A stretch of DNA of 64,000 bases, taken from the IMG/VR virus record IMGVR_UViG_3300045253_000023, positions 97,562 to 161,561 of that record, one strand, 5' to 3'. The position numbers were made by a program, and so were the translations under genes. Source of the DNA: a virus. This document shows, in pieces, positions 1-9,012 of the stretch (position 1 is the stretch's first letter; each line of letters starts with the position of its first letter). The notes beneath the pieces are model-generated. The model saw only the letters and a program-made list of their open reading frames with translations. It was not told where the DNA came from and made no database searches.

Positions 1-21
1 AACATCAAGGATAACACAACC

Positions 22-144
22 ATGAACGTACTCGTCCCAATTCTGTTTTTCGGCGCACTGATTGCTTTCTTCGGATACAAGTATTACAAGAAGCATCACC
101 CAACTGTTGCCCCACCAGCAGCAACTGACGCAACAAAAAAATAA
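22..144 (+). CDS. small single-TM membrane protein (40 aa)
   Basis: Hand translation MNVLVPILFFGALIAFFGYKYYKK...; AAGGA upstream; below the ORF-track size cutoff. Confidence 0.5.
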   Translation: MNVLVPILFFGALIAFFGYKYYKKHHPTVAPPAATDATKK

Positions 145-156
145 CAAGATTCATAT

Positions 157-231
157 GCTCCTGTGGCGCAATGGCAGCGCATTTGTTTGGTAAACAAAAG
201 GTCCTGAGTTCGATTCTCAGTTGGAGCACCA
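157..231 (+). tRNA. tRNA-Thr(GGT)
   Basis: Cloverleaf: acceptor GCTCC/GGAGC, anticodon arm TTTGT-TTGGTAA-ACAAA, T arm CTGAG-TTCGATT-CTCAG, encoded CCA. Confidence 0.92.
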
Positions 232-235
232 CTAT

Positions 236-676
236 ATGATAGAGACAATTGATATCAAGGATGTTGATCCCAAGTTGTTTGTTCAACTTGGCAGAATGAC
301 ATTCCGTGATGGATCATTGATGCGCCAAGCATTGTATGATCTTCGATCTGATCTCTATGGAAAGATGGGTGAGAACACGATGTATCCTCACAAGGGTGTC
401 GTGTTCTTGCTTAAGATCAACAATGAGTTGGTAGGTTGGGCATTGACCCACCGTCAACTCTGCAAGATCACTCGCAAGTACGAGACACTTGGTATGTTGT
501 GGGTCAAGACAAAGCATCGTCGCAAGGGTTATGGAACAGAGCTATACAATGCCATGTTCTATCATCACACCACAATGAGCAAATTCCAAGTCATCCCACA
601 TGATTACACCGCGAAGATGTTCTTCAGGAACTTTGGAATCACATTCAAGGGAGTTGTTCCCATTGAACGCAAATAA
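236..676 (+). CDS. GNAT-family acetyltransferase
   Basis: Acetyl-CoA motif A WVKTKHRRKGYGTELY; start moved to ATG 236, downstream of the tRNA. Confidence 0.75.
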   Translation: MIETIDIKDVDPKLFVQLGRMTFRDGSLMRQALYDLRSDLYGKMGENTMYPHKGVVFLLKINNELVGWALTHRQLCKITRKYETLGMLWVKTKHRRKGYGTELYNAMFYHHTTMSKFQVIPHDYTAKMFFRNFGITFKGVVPIERK

Positions 677-688
677 CAAGAGGACTGC

Positions 689-1018
689 ATGCCAATCTTT
701 GAATATGACTGTGCTGAGTGTCATCAGGCGTCTGATATCCTTGTTAGACATGATTCTGACATTCCCCATTGCACTAAGTGTGGTTCTGTTAGGCTACATA
801 GAAAGGTGTCTGCTCCCGCTTTTCATTTGAAAGGCAATGGCTGGTACAAGACGGACTTTGGTGGCAAGAAGAACCATCACACAGAACGTATTGATCATGA
901 ACCAGTCACCAAGATGGATAGTTACTTGGAAGATCGTTATCGTGCCAATGACAAGGATGCTCATGGCGCCTTGAAGGCTGATGGTGAAAAGAATCTCAAG
1001 GATGGAGGAGTGCGATGA
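689..1018 (+). CDS. FmdB-family zinc-ribbon protein
   Basis: MPIFEYDCAEC...CTKCGS...SAPAFHLKGNGWYKTDF signature. Confidence 0.85.
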   Translation: MPIFEYDCAECHQASDILVRHDSDIPHCTKCGSVRLHRKVSAPAFHLKGNGWYKTDFGGKKNHHTERIDHEPVTKMDSYLEDRYRANDKDAHGALKADGEKNLKDGGVR

Positions 1019-1180
1019 ACAACGGACAGGGCGATTGCATCGATAAAGGCACTACAGATATCAAAGACCCAACAAGTTGCGATGATTATGAAGGTTTCTG
1101 ACGACTTCGAAGGCTTCTAAAACAATGTTCGATGATGATTATGAACCAGAGGAAGACATTGATCTCTGGGGCGACTTTCT

Positions 1181-1255
1181 GCTCTCAAAGCATAACTGGT
1201 GATGCAATCGCCTCGTAAGCGATAGAACTGGGTTCGATTCCTAGTGAGAGCACCA
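1181..1255 (+). tRNA. tRNA-Thr(CGT)
   Basis: Acceptor GCTCTCA/TGAGAGC, anticodon arm ATCGC-CTCGTAA-GCGAT, TTCGATT T-loop, CCA. Confidence 0.9.
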
Positions 1256-1268
1256 AATTGAGGTTGAC

Positions 1269-1586
1269 ATGATAGATGAGATCACAGTTGAAATCCAAGC
1301 AGAACTGAAAGCAGAATGGCCAGACAAGACCATTGTGTTTGATTCTGAGTACATCAGCAGAAATACTCCAGTTGGATTCTCTACTCGAAAACTCAATCAT
1401 CATGTTGTTGGACCAGTAGAAACACTTATGATCAAACGATTTGGACCAAATGGTCTTTTCGAAGAAGTGAAATATACTGGACCAATGGTCACAGCTTATA
1501 AGATTCGATACAAAGAAGAACAGCACAAGGTGATCATTGCATTGCTTGAAAAGATGCGCGGCCTTCCGGAAGAAACCATAATTTAG
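1269..1586 (+). CDS. hypothetical protein
   Basis: ORF with GAGGT SD filling the gap between two tRNAs. Confidence 0.6.
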   Translation: MIDEITVEIQAELKAEWPDKTIVFDSEYISRNTPVGFSTRKLNHHVVGPVETLMIKRFGPNGLFEEVKYTGPMVTAYKIRYKEEQHKVIIALLEKMRGLPEETII

Positions 1587-1592
1587 AACAAT

Positions 1593-1670
1593 GCGCCAGT
1601 AGTCCAATTGGTAGGAGACAACAGGCTTAGACCCTGAACAGTGTCGGTTCGAATCCGACTTGGCGTACCA
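1593..1670 (+). tRNA. tRNA-Leu(TAG), short variable loop
   Basis: Acceptor GCGCCAG/TTGGCGT, anticodon arm CAGG-CTTAGAC-CCTG, T arm GTCGG-TTCGAAT-CCGAC, CCA. Confidence 0.88.
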
Positions 1671-1689
1671 AACAACATGGGAATTCACA

Positions 1690-1926
1690 ATGCAACTTGA
1701 CAATGAAGGTTTGACCCCAGAAACCAAGGCGCGAATTGATGCACACCAGATCACTCTCAATGAGATGAAAGTCAAAGACCTTCATTTCTGCTGGGGTCCG
1801 GAAGCGCACAAGAAAACCAAAGAAGAACGTGCAATTGAAGTCTGCAAGGCTTTGGATGCAATCTTTGCTGGTGAATTCACTCCAGCGCCACCAATTGGCG
1901 ATTCGAATCATATGGAGACAGCATGA
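1690..1926 (+). CDS. hypothetical protein
   Basis: ORF downstream of the tRNA; stop overlaps next start (ATGA). Confidence 0.55.
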   Translation: MQLDNEGLTPETKARIDAHQITLNEMKVKDLHFCWGPEAHKKTKEERAIEVCKALDAIFAGEFTPAPPIGDSNHMETA

Positions 1927-2348
1927 GTAGCAATGGTTGGATTGGGGTTGACTTTGATGGAACATTGGCGTTCTATGAGCGCAAGAAGTATCGCAGCGGT
2001 GAGGTTGGTCCACCAATTCCAAAAATGCTTGCTCGCGTCAAACAGATGCTTGAAGCAGGCAAGACAGTCAAGATTTTCACTGCTCGTGCGTATCCATTCA
2101 CTGATGTGGATGCTGATGCTGACTACATGGCACTGCAGATTTCAGCCAGAGCACTGCGCGGCGAACAAGCAGACAGAGCCAATGATGCGTTGCTGAACAT
2201 TGCTGCCATCAGAACATTTTGTATGGATCATCTTGGACGAGTGCTCACAATCACTTGTGTCAAGGACTTCTACATGGATGAGTTGTGGGATGACCGCGCG
2301 ATCCAGGTAGTTCATAACACTGGAGATCGTGCAGATGGCACTCCGTAA
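1923..2348 (+). CDS. HAD-superfamily phosphatase (phage PNK-phosphatase-like)
   Basis: WIGVDFDGTLA (DxDGT), IFTAR, ELWDDRA motifs. Confidence 0.8.
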   Translation: MSSNGWIGVDFDGTLAFYERKKYRSGEVGPPIPKMLARVKQMLEAGKTVKIFTARAYPFTDVDADADYMALQISARALRGEQADRANDALLNIAAIRTFCMDHLGRVLTITCVKDFYMDELWDDRAIQVVHNTGDRADGTP

Positions 2349-2565
2349 GAACGTCATTCAGGAATCAATGCGATTCTTGAAGAAGAGCATTTTGACAGAA
2401 CAGGTTTCCCAGAAAGGCAATGATTTGTACATCAGTGTGTACAATGATCATATGGGTGTCTCCAAGGTTGAAAACTCAGCTGGAATGTTTCGATTCAGAA
2501 TCAATGGTGAATTCATCAGACTGGATCAAAACCAGATGAATGCACTCAGGAAGTTCATTTCATAA
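2335..2565 (+). CDS. hypothetical protein
   Basis: ORF overlapping the upstream stop. Confidence 0.55.
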   Translation: MALRKNVIQESMRFLKKSILTEQVSQKGNDLYISVYNDHMGVSKVENSAGMFRFRINGEFIRLDQNQMNALRKFIS

Positions 2566-2577
2566 GGAAGTGGCAAT

Positions 2578-2760
2578 ATGACAACCAAGGTTGTAGTGAT
2601 GCATGATCAACCCGAGTACGACAAGAAATTGCTTGTGCGTACAGTTCAACACGGTTCTGATTCCAATTGCCCTCATTATCAAGAGCAAACAGTTCAACCT
2701 GGTGCTCATCTGACATTCTGGGTGCATGCAAATCAGCACTTGGTGATCAAGGAAATATAG
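2578..2760 (+). CDS. hypothetical protein
   Basis: AAGGAAG SD, tight gene packing. Confidence 0.55.
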   Translation: MTTKVVVMHDQPEYDKKLLVRTVQHGSDSNCPHYQEQTVQPGAHLTFWVHANQHLVIKEI

Positions 2761-2764
2761 GCAA

Positions 2765-3178
2765 ATGAAGTTCAAAGAATTCATTGACTTTTCGCCCGAT
2801 TCAGACTATACTAAGATGAGGCACAGCAAGCCTCAAATCGACGATTACCCTGCCTTTGCGGATGACCTACATGCAAACAACATCGACTCCAGCGTCAGAT
2901 TCGAATCAGCTGAAGACCTCATCCCTACGCAGAAGAATTTCAACGTGGCAAAGGTCAAGAAGTTTTACGATAATGATGAGGCTCGCACAGCTTTCCCTGT
3001 CACTATCTCTGAAGATAATTTCGTTGTCGACGGTCATCATCGCTGGGCCGCATCGCTTCAGCATCGGGAAACAGTGAAATGCCATTGCATTGCGATGACA
3101 CTCCAAGAATGTAACAAGTTCCTCAAGAACAAGCCTTATACAAGCAAGAGGGGTGTCAATGAAGATTTACAGCATTGA
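2765..3178 (+). CDS. ParB/Srx-like N-terminal domain protein
   Basis: LIPTQ...PVTISEDNFVVDGHHRWAA motif. Confidence 0.75.
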   Translation: MKFKEFIDFSPDSDYTKMRHSKPQIDDYPAFADDLHANNIDSSVRFESAEDLIPTQKNFNVAKVKKFYDNDEARTAFPVTISEDNFVVDGHHRWAASLQHRETVKCHCIAMTLQECNKFLKNKPYTSKRGVNEDLQH

Positions 3179-3272
3179 GAACCTTGCAAATGGCAGGAAA
3201 GATTCTCCAGAAACAACTCAACGCAGAATAGCAGCACAACGTAACAGAAGAAACCGTGAACAAATTCAATAA
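3159..3272 (+). pseudogene. possible GIY-YIG/NUMOD3 homing endonuclease remnant (37 aa)
   Basis: Hand translation MKIYSIENLANGRKDSPETTQRRIAAQRNRRNREQIQ: GIY-YIG-like first strand joined to a NUMOD3-like tail. Confidence 0.4.
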
Positions 3273-3273
3273 T

Positions 3274-3362
3274 GCCCTCTTGGTGTAATCAGGCAAACAC
3301 GGACGTCTTAAACACGTCTTAAGCCATAAGGCTTGTCGGTTCGATCCCGACAGAGGGCACCA
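3274..3362 (+). tRNA. tRNA-Leu(TAA), long variable arm
   Basis: Acceptor GCCCTCT/AGAGGGC, anticodon arm GACGT-CTTAAAC-ACGTC, variable hairpin AAGCC-ATAA-GGCTT, CCA. Confidence 0.92.
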
Positions 3363-3395
3363 TCTCTTTTCGTCATATTCAGAAGGGTATTCATG

Positions 3396-4073
3396 ATGTG
3401 CGGAATAATTGGCATCGTTGCCACCAAGTCTTCGTTTCCGCTTGACAAATTCAAAGCACTTCTCCAAGAAGCCAAAATCCGTGGGCTGCATGCCACGGGA
3501 TTGGCTTTTGTCGATTCTGGGAAGCTGGTTTGCGAACGTCAGGCCACCAGCGCAGAAACATTCAAGTTTCCCGAGGCAGTCGCCAAGAAGTCGACGCGGG
3601 TTGCCATTGCGCACACTCGCTACAGCACTTCGGACTTGAAGTTCAATCAGCCTATCTTTTCACCCACCAAAGCAGTTATACTAAACGGAGTGATCTCTCA
3701 AGCCGATCCTTCGGAGTGGAAGAAGCTATTTGGTGTTGAGTGCGAAGGTCGCAATGATGCAGAGATTGTGTTACGCCTGCTTGAGAAGCAAGAACATCCA
3801 CTCAGTGTAGTGGACTCTTCACAGGCATGCATCTATGTTGACACTGAACTCAATGAGTTGAAGTTCTGGCGCAATGAACAGCGTCCACTGTATTGGCTGG
3901 AGACAGAAGATTGCTTGATTGTTGCTTCCACCAAGGACATCTTCAAACGTGCTGGATTCAAACAAGCACCAAGCAATTGCACACCATGCGTGGAGTATGG
4001 CATCAATCTTCAATCTTTCAAACGCACCAGCCAAATCATCCGCAAGGCAAATGAGGATTTACAGAATGTTTGA
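3396..4073 (+). CDS. class II (Ntn) glutamine amidotransferase
   Basis: N-terminal M-C-G-I-I-G nucleophile, RGLHATG, AHTRYSTS, LNGVI, NDAE motifs. Confidence 0.88.
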   Translation: MCGIIGIVATKSSFPLDKFKALLQEAKIRGLHATGLAFVDSGKLVCERQATSAETFKFPEAVAKKSTRVAIAHTRYSTSDLKFNQPIFSPTKAVILNGVISQADPSEWKKLFGVECEGRNDAEIVLRLLEKQEHPLSVVDSSQACIYVDTELNELKFWRNEQRPLYWLETEDCLIVASTKDIFKRAGFKQAPSNCTPCVEYGINLQSFKRTSQIIRKANEDLQNV

Positions 4074-4953
4074 CCCCAAGACATTCACCTATGGCTTCGA
4101 AATGGAAGTGGGTGATGTGCCTCGTGCACTGATGATTCCTTCACATTTGGGAGAGTGGGAACATTCTGAGCGTGACATTGTCAATGAGCGCGAGCCATAT
4201 CGAGGCATGTGTTCTGATCCAGATGGCATCAATCCACCAGTCGGCGGCGAGATCAACACCAAACCAACATTGGGATGGCCAGCTCAGGTCAAGCGCATTC
4301 TGGACATCAAAGAGTTCTGCGTGCTCTCTGGGCACATGCCCACTTCACCATTCACAACCCACAATCATCTTCATGTGCATGTCCCTGGGTTGATCGAGGA
4401 CATTGGAGCACTGCGTCAATTGATGGCATACATCGGCGACAACCAACAAACAATGGTTGACAGAGCATACCAGTTCTATGATCTGCCAACTATGAAGTTG
4501 GTTCCAAAGATCAAGACCTATTTGCAACATGATGGCGGCCGAATGTTCCATCCATGGCAGATCAAGAACATCATGTCTGCCACCAACTTCTATGACTTCA
4601 TTCGCGAACACAGACGCAATCAGCGTGGCACTGTGCTTGACCGAGTCTTGCGCAATGCAATCAACACATACTGCTTGAAGTTTGTCAAGACGGTGGAGTT
4701 CCGTTGCTTCCGCGCATCATTTGAAGAATCTAAGCTGGAATCATGTTTCAAGGTTGTTGAAGCCTTCATGGACAATGCGCTGAATCATCCAGAGCGCAGC
4801 ATGAATGAGTTCTTCAATGAGACTGAACTTGATTTGCCCATGATGACCTTTGATTTGGAACTGGCCCGAGGCTGGGCAGCAACCAAGGTGCCTGATCTGA
4901 ATGACAACATGGGCACCAGAAAGAATCGCACATATTATGAGGTGGAACAATGA
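4066..4953 (+). CDS. putative amidoligase (COOH-NH2 ligase, glutamine-synthetase-like fold)
   Basis: TYGFEME, GGEINTKP, HLHVHV, TVEFR motifs; overlaps the GATase stop. Confidence 0.8.
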   Translation: MFDPKTFTYGFEMEVGDVPRALMIPSHLGEWEHSERDIVNEREPYRGMCSDPDGINPPVGGEINTKPTLGWPAQVKRILDIKEFCVLSGHMPTSPFTTHNHLHVHVPGLIEDIGALRQLMAYIGDNQQTMVDRAYQFYDLPTMKLVPKIKTYLQHDGGRMFHPWQIKNIMSATNFYDFIREHRRNQRGTVLDRVLRNAINTYCLKFVKTVEFRCFRASFEESKLESCFKVVEAFMDNALNHPERSMNEFFNETELDLPMMTFDLELARGWAATKVPDLNDNMGTRKNRTYYEVEQ

Positions 4954-5534
4954 AACTTGGTCCAACAACTCGTGAAGCATTTGTCAAGGCTCTTGAGCTC
5001 ACACATGATCCAAGAGACAAATTTGCCAAGACATTTCTCCGCAAGGGAGATATGGTTGGTGGTTGGGGAGAATGGACTCTTGGAGCATTCTCTGAAAGTG
5101 GTCATCTGATGGGCGCATGCATGTTGTCTGTATCCAAGCGCGAGCCACATGTGATCAATCTGCAGTTGCTTCATACCTTCGCAATGTATCGTGGTTTTGG
5201 TATTGCTTCCAAGCTCATGGCATGGGCAGTGATGTATGGTTGCGCTGTTGCCAAATACTTCCGTGTGTCATCTGAACCAGAATCCATTGAGTTCTACAAG
5301 AAGATTGGATTCTATTTCTGGGGCGAACAGAAGAGTGGTTGTGCATTGTCGATGTTTCGCTATGAAGCAGATGCCAAGTGCGCATATGATCCACATGACC
5401 CAATTATCAGTGCCGCATTGAGCTCCAAGCGTCGCGGTGGTGTTCATCAGATGTATCCAACAGAGTTTGTGACTCTCTCATACGAGCCATACAATCGCTT
5501 CCAGGATGTACCATGTCTGTCGATTACCGTCTGA
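4950..5534 (+). CDS. GNAT-family acetyltransferase
   Basis: LLHTFAMYRGFGIASKL motif A and SIEFYKKIGF motif B. Confidence 0.82.
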   Translation: MKLGPTTREAFVKALELTHDPRDKFAKTFLRKGDMVGGWGEWTLGAFSESGHLMGACMLSVSKREPHVINLQLLHTFAMYRGFGIASKLMAWAVMYGCAVAKYFRVSSEPESIEFYKKIGFYFWGEQKSGCALSMFRYEADAKCAYDPHDPIISAALSSKRRGGVHQMYPTEFVTLSYEPYNRFQDVPCLSITV

Positions 5535-6568
5535 AAGAAAATCGCAAGCAAGCATTTGTGAAGTGGATGGTGTGGTCAATGCTCTATGAGGATTGCGACC
5601 CATCTTTGTTCATGACCAACTACCTGTTTGATCGCTTTGAAGTCAACTCAGAGCAACGACTCTGGTTGTGCTGGCTGTATGGCACCACGTACTATCTGCC
5701 AACAGCCTGGGTTATCTTCAATGAGTTCCCTGACTTTGAACTGGTGGATCAGAAGCGTCTTGAAGATTGGAACAATGCCAACTACAAGAGGCTCCGCTAT
5801 CAGACTGACACCAAGTACAACAAGGGTCATTTGCCTGCTCAGTTTGCTTCCTATCGCGCATGGATTCATTCCACTGCCAAAACACAGCGCGAGAAGTTCA
5901 AACAGTTGACCACAAACAAATGCCCAGAGAAGAACTATCAACTGGTGTTTGATGAGATCACAGGCAATCTGCACAAGTTCGGCCGATACACTGCATGGTT
6001 CTATATCCAGACCCTCAAGCACTGCGCCAAGATCAATGTTGATGCGCCCAATCTCATCCTTGAGGACTTCTCTGGCAGCAAGAGTCATCGCAATGGTCTC
6101 TGCTATGCAACTGGTCATGATGAATGGGTCAACCAGAAGCTGACCAAGGAACAAACAAACGTTCTCAATGTTGAAGCTGCCAAGATGCTCAAGGAAGTCA
6201 ATCTGTACATGATGCAGCTGGACTTCACGGAGCAGGCTGACTACTTCGCCATGGAGACCTGTTTGTGTTCCTTCAAGAAGCTGTTCCGCAAATCTCGAGG
6301 CAGGTATCTTGGATACTACCTTGACAGACAGGCTGAAGAGATCGCGAAGGTCGAGCAAGATGGTTGGAGCGGCATTTGCTGGAAACCATTATGGGATGCC
6401 CGCAATGAAACCATCAAGCGTCCTGAATTGTTGGGCGGTAATGTGGTGCCAGAGCGAATGGTCCACTTCCTAGACAATGGCTCGCTCGAAAGATTGGACT
6501 ATCTGTGGCCTGAGGACAAGACCAGCACTGAGACACTCTCGTTTGATCTAACTAAATTCTCTGTATAA
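5513..6568 (+). CDS. amino acid:DNA transferase (aGPT-Pplase2 / alpha-glutamyl-putrescinyl thymine pyrophosphorylase clade 2, HhH-glycosylase-like fold)
   Basis: RLWLCWLYGTTY, KFGRYTAWFY (HhH-like), SHRNGL, ETCLCSFKK, GRYLGYY motifs characteristic of this family. Confidence 0.82.
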   Translation: MSVDYRLKENRKQAFVKWMVWSMLYEDCDPSLFMTNYLFDRFEVNSEQRLWLCWLYGTTYYLPTAWVIFNEFPDFELVDQKRLEDWNNANYKRLRYQTDTKYNKGHLPAQFASYRAWIHSTAKTQREKFKQLTTNKCPEKNYQLVFDEITGNLHKFGRYTAWFYIQTLKHCAKINVDAPNLILEDFSGSKSHRNGLCYATGHDEWVNQKLTKEQTNVLNVEAAKMLKEVNLYMMQLDFTEQADYFAMETCLCSFKKLFRKSRGRYLGYYLDRQAEEIAKVEQDGWSGICWKPLWDARNETIKRPELLGGNVVPERMVHFLDNGSLERLDYLWPEDKTSTETLSFDLTKFSV

Positions 6569-6582
6569 TCAATCACTTATTG

Positions 6583-6645
6583 TAAGTGTTTGAATGTTTG
6601 GAAAATTTAGTGCTTGACTTTTGAGAATGACAGGAGTAGAATAGC
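6583..6645 (+). promoter_or_regulatory. conserved early promoter module P1
   Basis: TAAGTGTTTGA box, GGAAAATTTAGT, TTGACT(6614)-17 bp-TAGAAT(6637). Confidence 0.9.
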
Positions 6646-6672
6646 TTCTGTCAATTGAGAGGAATGTATATC

Positions 6673-7101
6673 ATGTCAGACCGCAAATTGCTCACCATTC
6701 GTGAATTTCTCCGTGCCGAATCACAAGGTGCCTTCAAGGCTAGTGATGTGAGCACGCAATGTGCCGCAGGCTGGTATGACTGGTTCTGCCGCGATCATCT
6801 CCTGGTCGACAAGACCGCCAAGCTCACTGGCTTGCTGCGCTCAATCTGCTTGAGCAAGAAAATCAATCTTGATTCGAGCTATGTGTTTTTCAAGAACAAC
6901 TGCCCCATGGTCGGCAAGTTGTATGATCAGTTCTCCATCTGCGATATCGAAACTGGTGATGTGTTGTTCTGTGTGATTCCTTCATGTGGACATACTCGCA
7001 CCAGCGGCGAAGCCCAGGTCTATGCGCGCTCGAATGGATTTGAAGAGCCTGTTGCCAAGGGCAACTGGAATGATGTAGTCGCATACTTCAACGAGGTCTA
7101 A
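6673..7101 (+). CDS. conserved phage hypothetical protein
   Basis: First ORF after P1 with GAGGA SD; GWYDWFC...YVFFKNNCP motif. Confidence 0.7.
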   Translation: MSDRKLLTIREFLRAESQGAFKASDVSTQCAAGWYDWFCRDHLLVDKTAKLTGLLRSICLSKKINLDSSYVFFKNNCPMVGKLYDQFSICDIETGDVLFCVIPSCGHTRTSGEAQVYARSNGFEEPVAKGNWNDVVAYFNEV

Positions 7102-7289
7102 TAGACATGGCCGTTGTCATCCGTCATTGGAAAACACGCACACGCCTTCAGCATCGTTCTTTCATCTTGCAGGGTGCGCCATGGGTTTCCTTGTACAACA
7201 AGGATGGCAACGTGATGTTCTACGGCACCAAGGCACTGTTTGATGCATGTGTGCAACGTGGTTTCTTTGAGTTCGAGGAAGTTTGAAAT

Positions 7290-7610
7290 ATGAAACATCA
7301 TTCGACCAATGTGATTTGCAACGTCATTCACTCAAGCGACATATTCACTGTGTTTGAAGAAGATGCAGTGATGTTGGCTGACAGGTCGGACCTTGGTCCG
7401 CGTTCTGAATCTCAAATCTACGCCGACGCCTGTGATGTTGGGTTTGGCATTGCGTCAACCAGAACAGGTGAATATGCCTTCTTCTATCGCGATGACACCA
7501 TTCGCGATTCTGAAGGCGAAGAGATATATTCTGACTATCTTCCCATCACACAATCAGTGCGTCTATTTCCACGTCTTGCTGCTTGGAAGGTTCGGGTGTT
7601 CAATGACTAA
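7290..7610 (+). CDS. hypothetical protein
   Basis: GAGGA SD, operon packing. Confidence 0.55.
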   Translation: MKHHSTNVICNVIHSSDIFTVFEEDAVMLADRSDLGPRSESQIYADACDVGFGIASTRTGEYAFFYRDDTIRDSEGEEIYSDYLPITQSVRLFPRLAAWKVRVFND

Positions 7611-7983
7611 CTCACATGATGCACTGGTTGGTTTCTCCATCATTGCCAAATTGTTCGGGACTGATGAAGACAAAATTGAAACAGCACCTGCTGTTGCATT
7701 AGGTCACTATGATACGCAACTCAGAGCCGCATTCGCGTTCACGCTGTTTCCACGCAATGATTCTGCTCTGGTTGAGTTTCACCTGGAACGACTCAAGAAC
7801 GAAATTCGCTTGGGGCTGTCCATAGCAATCAAAACCCTTCGCAACATGGGTATAGACAATGCGCAGTCTCGTTTCCTCAACATGAACAAGCCTCGGCCTG
7901 AAGGCACTACTGCGGAACTGGCCCAGAAGCTGGGCATCTCCAAGAGTGAGGTTCGACGCCGCAAGGCTGCTGGAACACTTTGA
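7603..7983 (+). CDS. hypothetical protein with C-terminal HTH-like segment
   Basis: TAELAQKLGISKSEVRRRK. Confidence 0.55.
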   Translation: MTNSHDALVGFSIIAKLFGTDEDKIETAPAVALGHYDTQLRAAFAFTLFPRNDSALVEFHLERLKNEIRLGLSIAIKTLRNMGIDNAQSRFLNMNKPRPEGTTAELAQKLGISKSEVRRRKAAGTL

Positions 7984-7988
7984 TTTGT

Positions 7989-8035
7989 TGGAAAATTTAG
8001 TGCTTGACTTTTGCTCTCAATGAGAGTAGAATAGG
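7989..8035 (+). promoter_or_regulatory. early promoter module P2
   Basis: GGAAAATTTAGTGC-TTGACT(8004)-17-TAGAAT(8027). Confidence 0.9.
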
Positions 8036-8535
8036 CTTGTCAATCAAAGGAATCATGCTCATGTTTCGTGCCATCCGCAAGTTCTTCTCCAAAACCACAT
8101 CATATCGCTTTCATTTGATCAGCGGCGCATCAATTGATGTGCATGATGTTCTGAAGCTGAAGATCGAATGGAACAAAGAAACTCAGCATCTCAATTCATA
8201 TCATGTGACTCATTCCAATCCGTCGAGCGCGAAATTGTTTTATCTTCAGGTTGATTCAATCATTGCCATTGAGGAAATCAAGTGAAACCTTCCATTCCTC
8301 AGCTCAAAATTTTGGCACATCTGAATCGTTCCACTCAATTCGCAGGTCGGGAACCAAATGCAATAGCACTGCGCGCCTGTTTTGAACGTGGTTGGATACG
8401 ACATTTGATCCCTAAGGGAAGTGCTGATTCTGTACCACATATGTATGGAGTTTTCCAGCTGACCAAGAAAGGATTGAATGTTGTGTTTGAACATCGAATG
8501 ACTCCAGACATCTATTTTTGGTACGAGAAACAAAC

Positions 8536-8982
8536 ATGAGCAAGAAAATCACCATGCGCAACTTCGACCCCAACAAGGCGAAGTGGATTGTTCTGTGCGT
8601 CAACAACATGTACATGAATGGCATTCACAATGGCATTCAGGCCGCACATGCGGCAATCAAGTTGGTGTACGTCAACGCAATTCATGATCCACGTCTTGGA
8701 GCCTGGTGCTGCAATGGTTCTGAAACACTGTGGGTCAAGCGCGGTGGAATGCAGAAAGCCATGCGTGAGTTTCGTGACCTGTTCATGAAGGCATGTCAGA
8801 AACACAAGATTCCGTTGCTGCCAAGCGCATGCTTCTATGAAGAGGCTGATGCACTGAATGGCACTCTGACTTCAATCGCATTCCTGATCCCTGATCCCGA
8901 TGATCTGGCAAACTTCCCGAGCGCATACAAGCGTTTCTGGACTGAACTGGAAACCATCATGCCCAGAGGCTGGGCTTCTTAA
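8536..8982 (+). CDS. peptidyl-tRNA hydrolase (Pth2)-like protein
   Basis: GIQAAHAA and FYEEADALNGTLTSIA motifs of phage Pth2-like proteins. Confidence 0.6.
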   Translation: MSKKITMRNFDPNKAKWIVLCVNNMYMNGIHNGIQAAHAAIKLVYVNAIHDPRLGAWCCNGSETLWVKRGGMQKAMREFRDLFMKACQKHKIPLLPSACFYEEADALNGTLTSIAFLIPDPDDLANFPSAYKRFWTELETIMPRGWAS

Positions 8983-9012
8983 AAGAAACACACAACCACT
9001 GGAGTTTTGATC

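Noticed and set aside
1185-1775. ORFs and extended starts overlapping tRNAs or promoters (1185..1775, 3333, 10590, 22700, 27228, 44123)
   Set aside because: They overlap structured RNAs or promoter modules; downstream ATGs with SD or motif-consistent N-termini were chosen instead.
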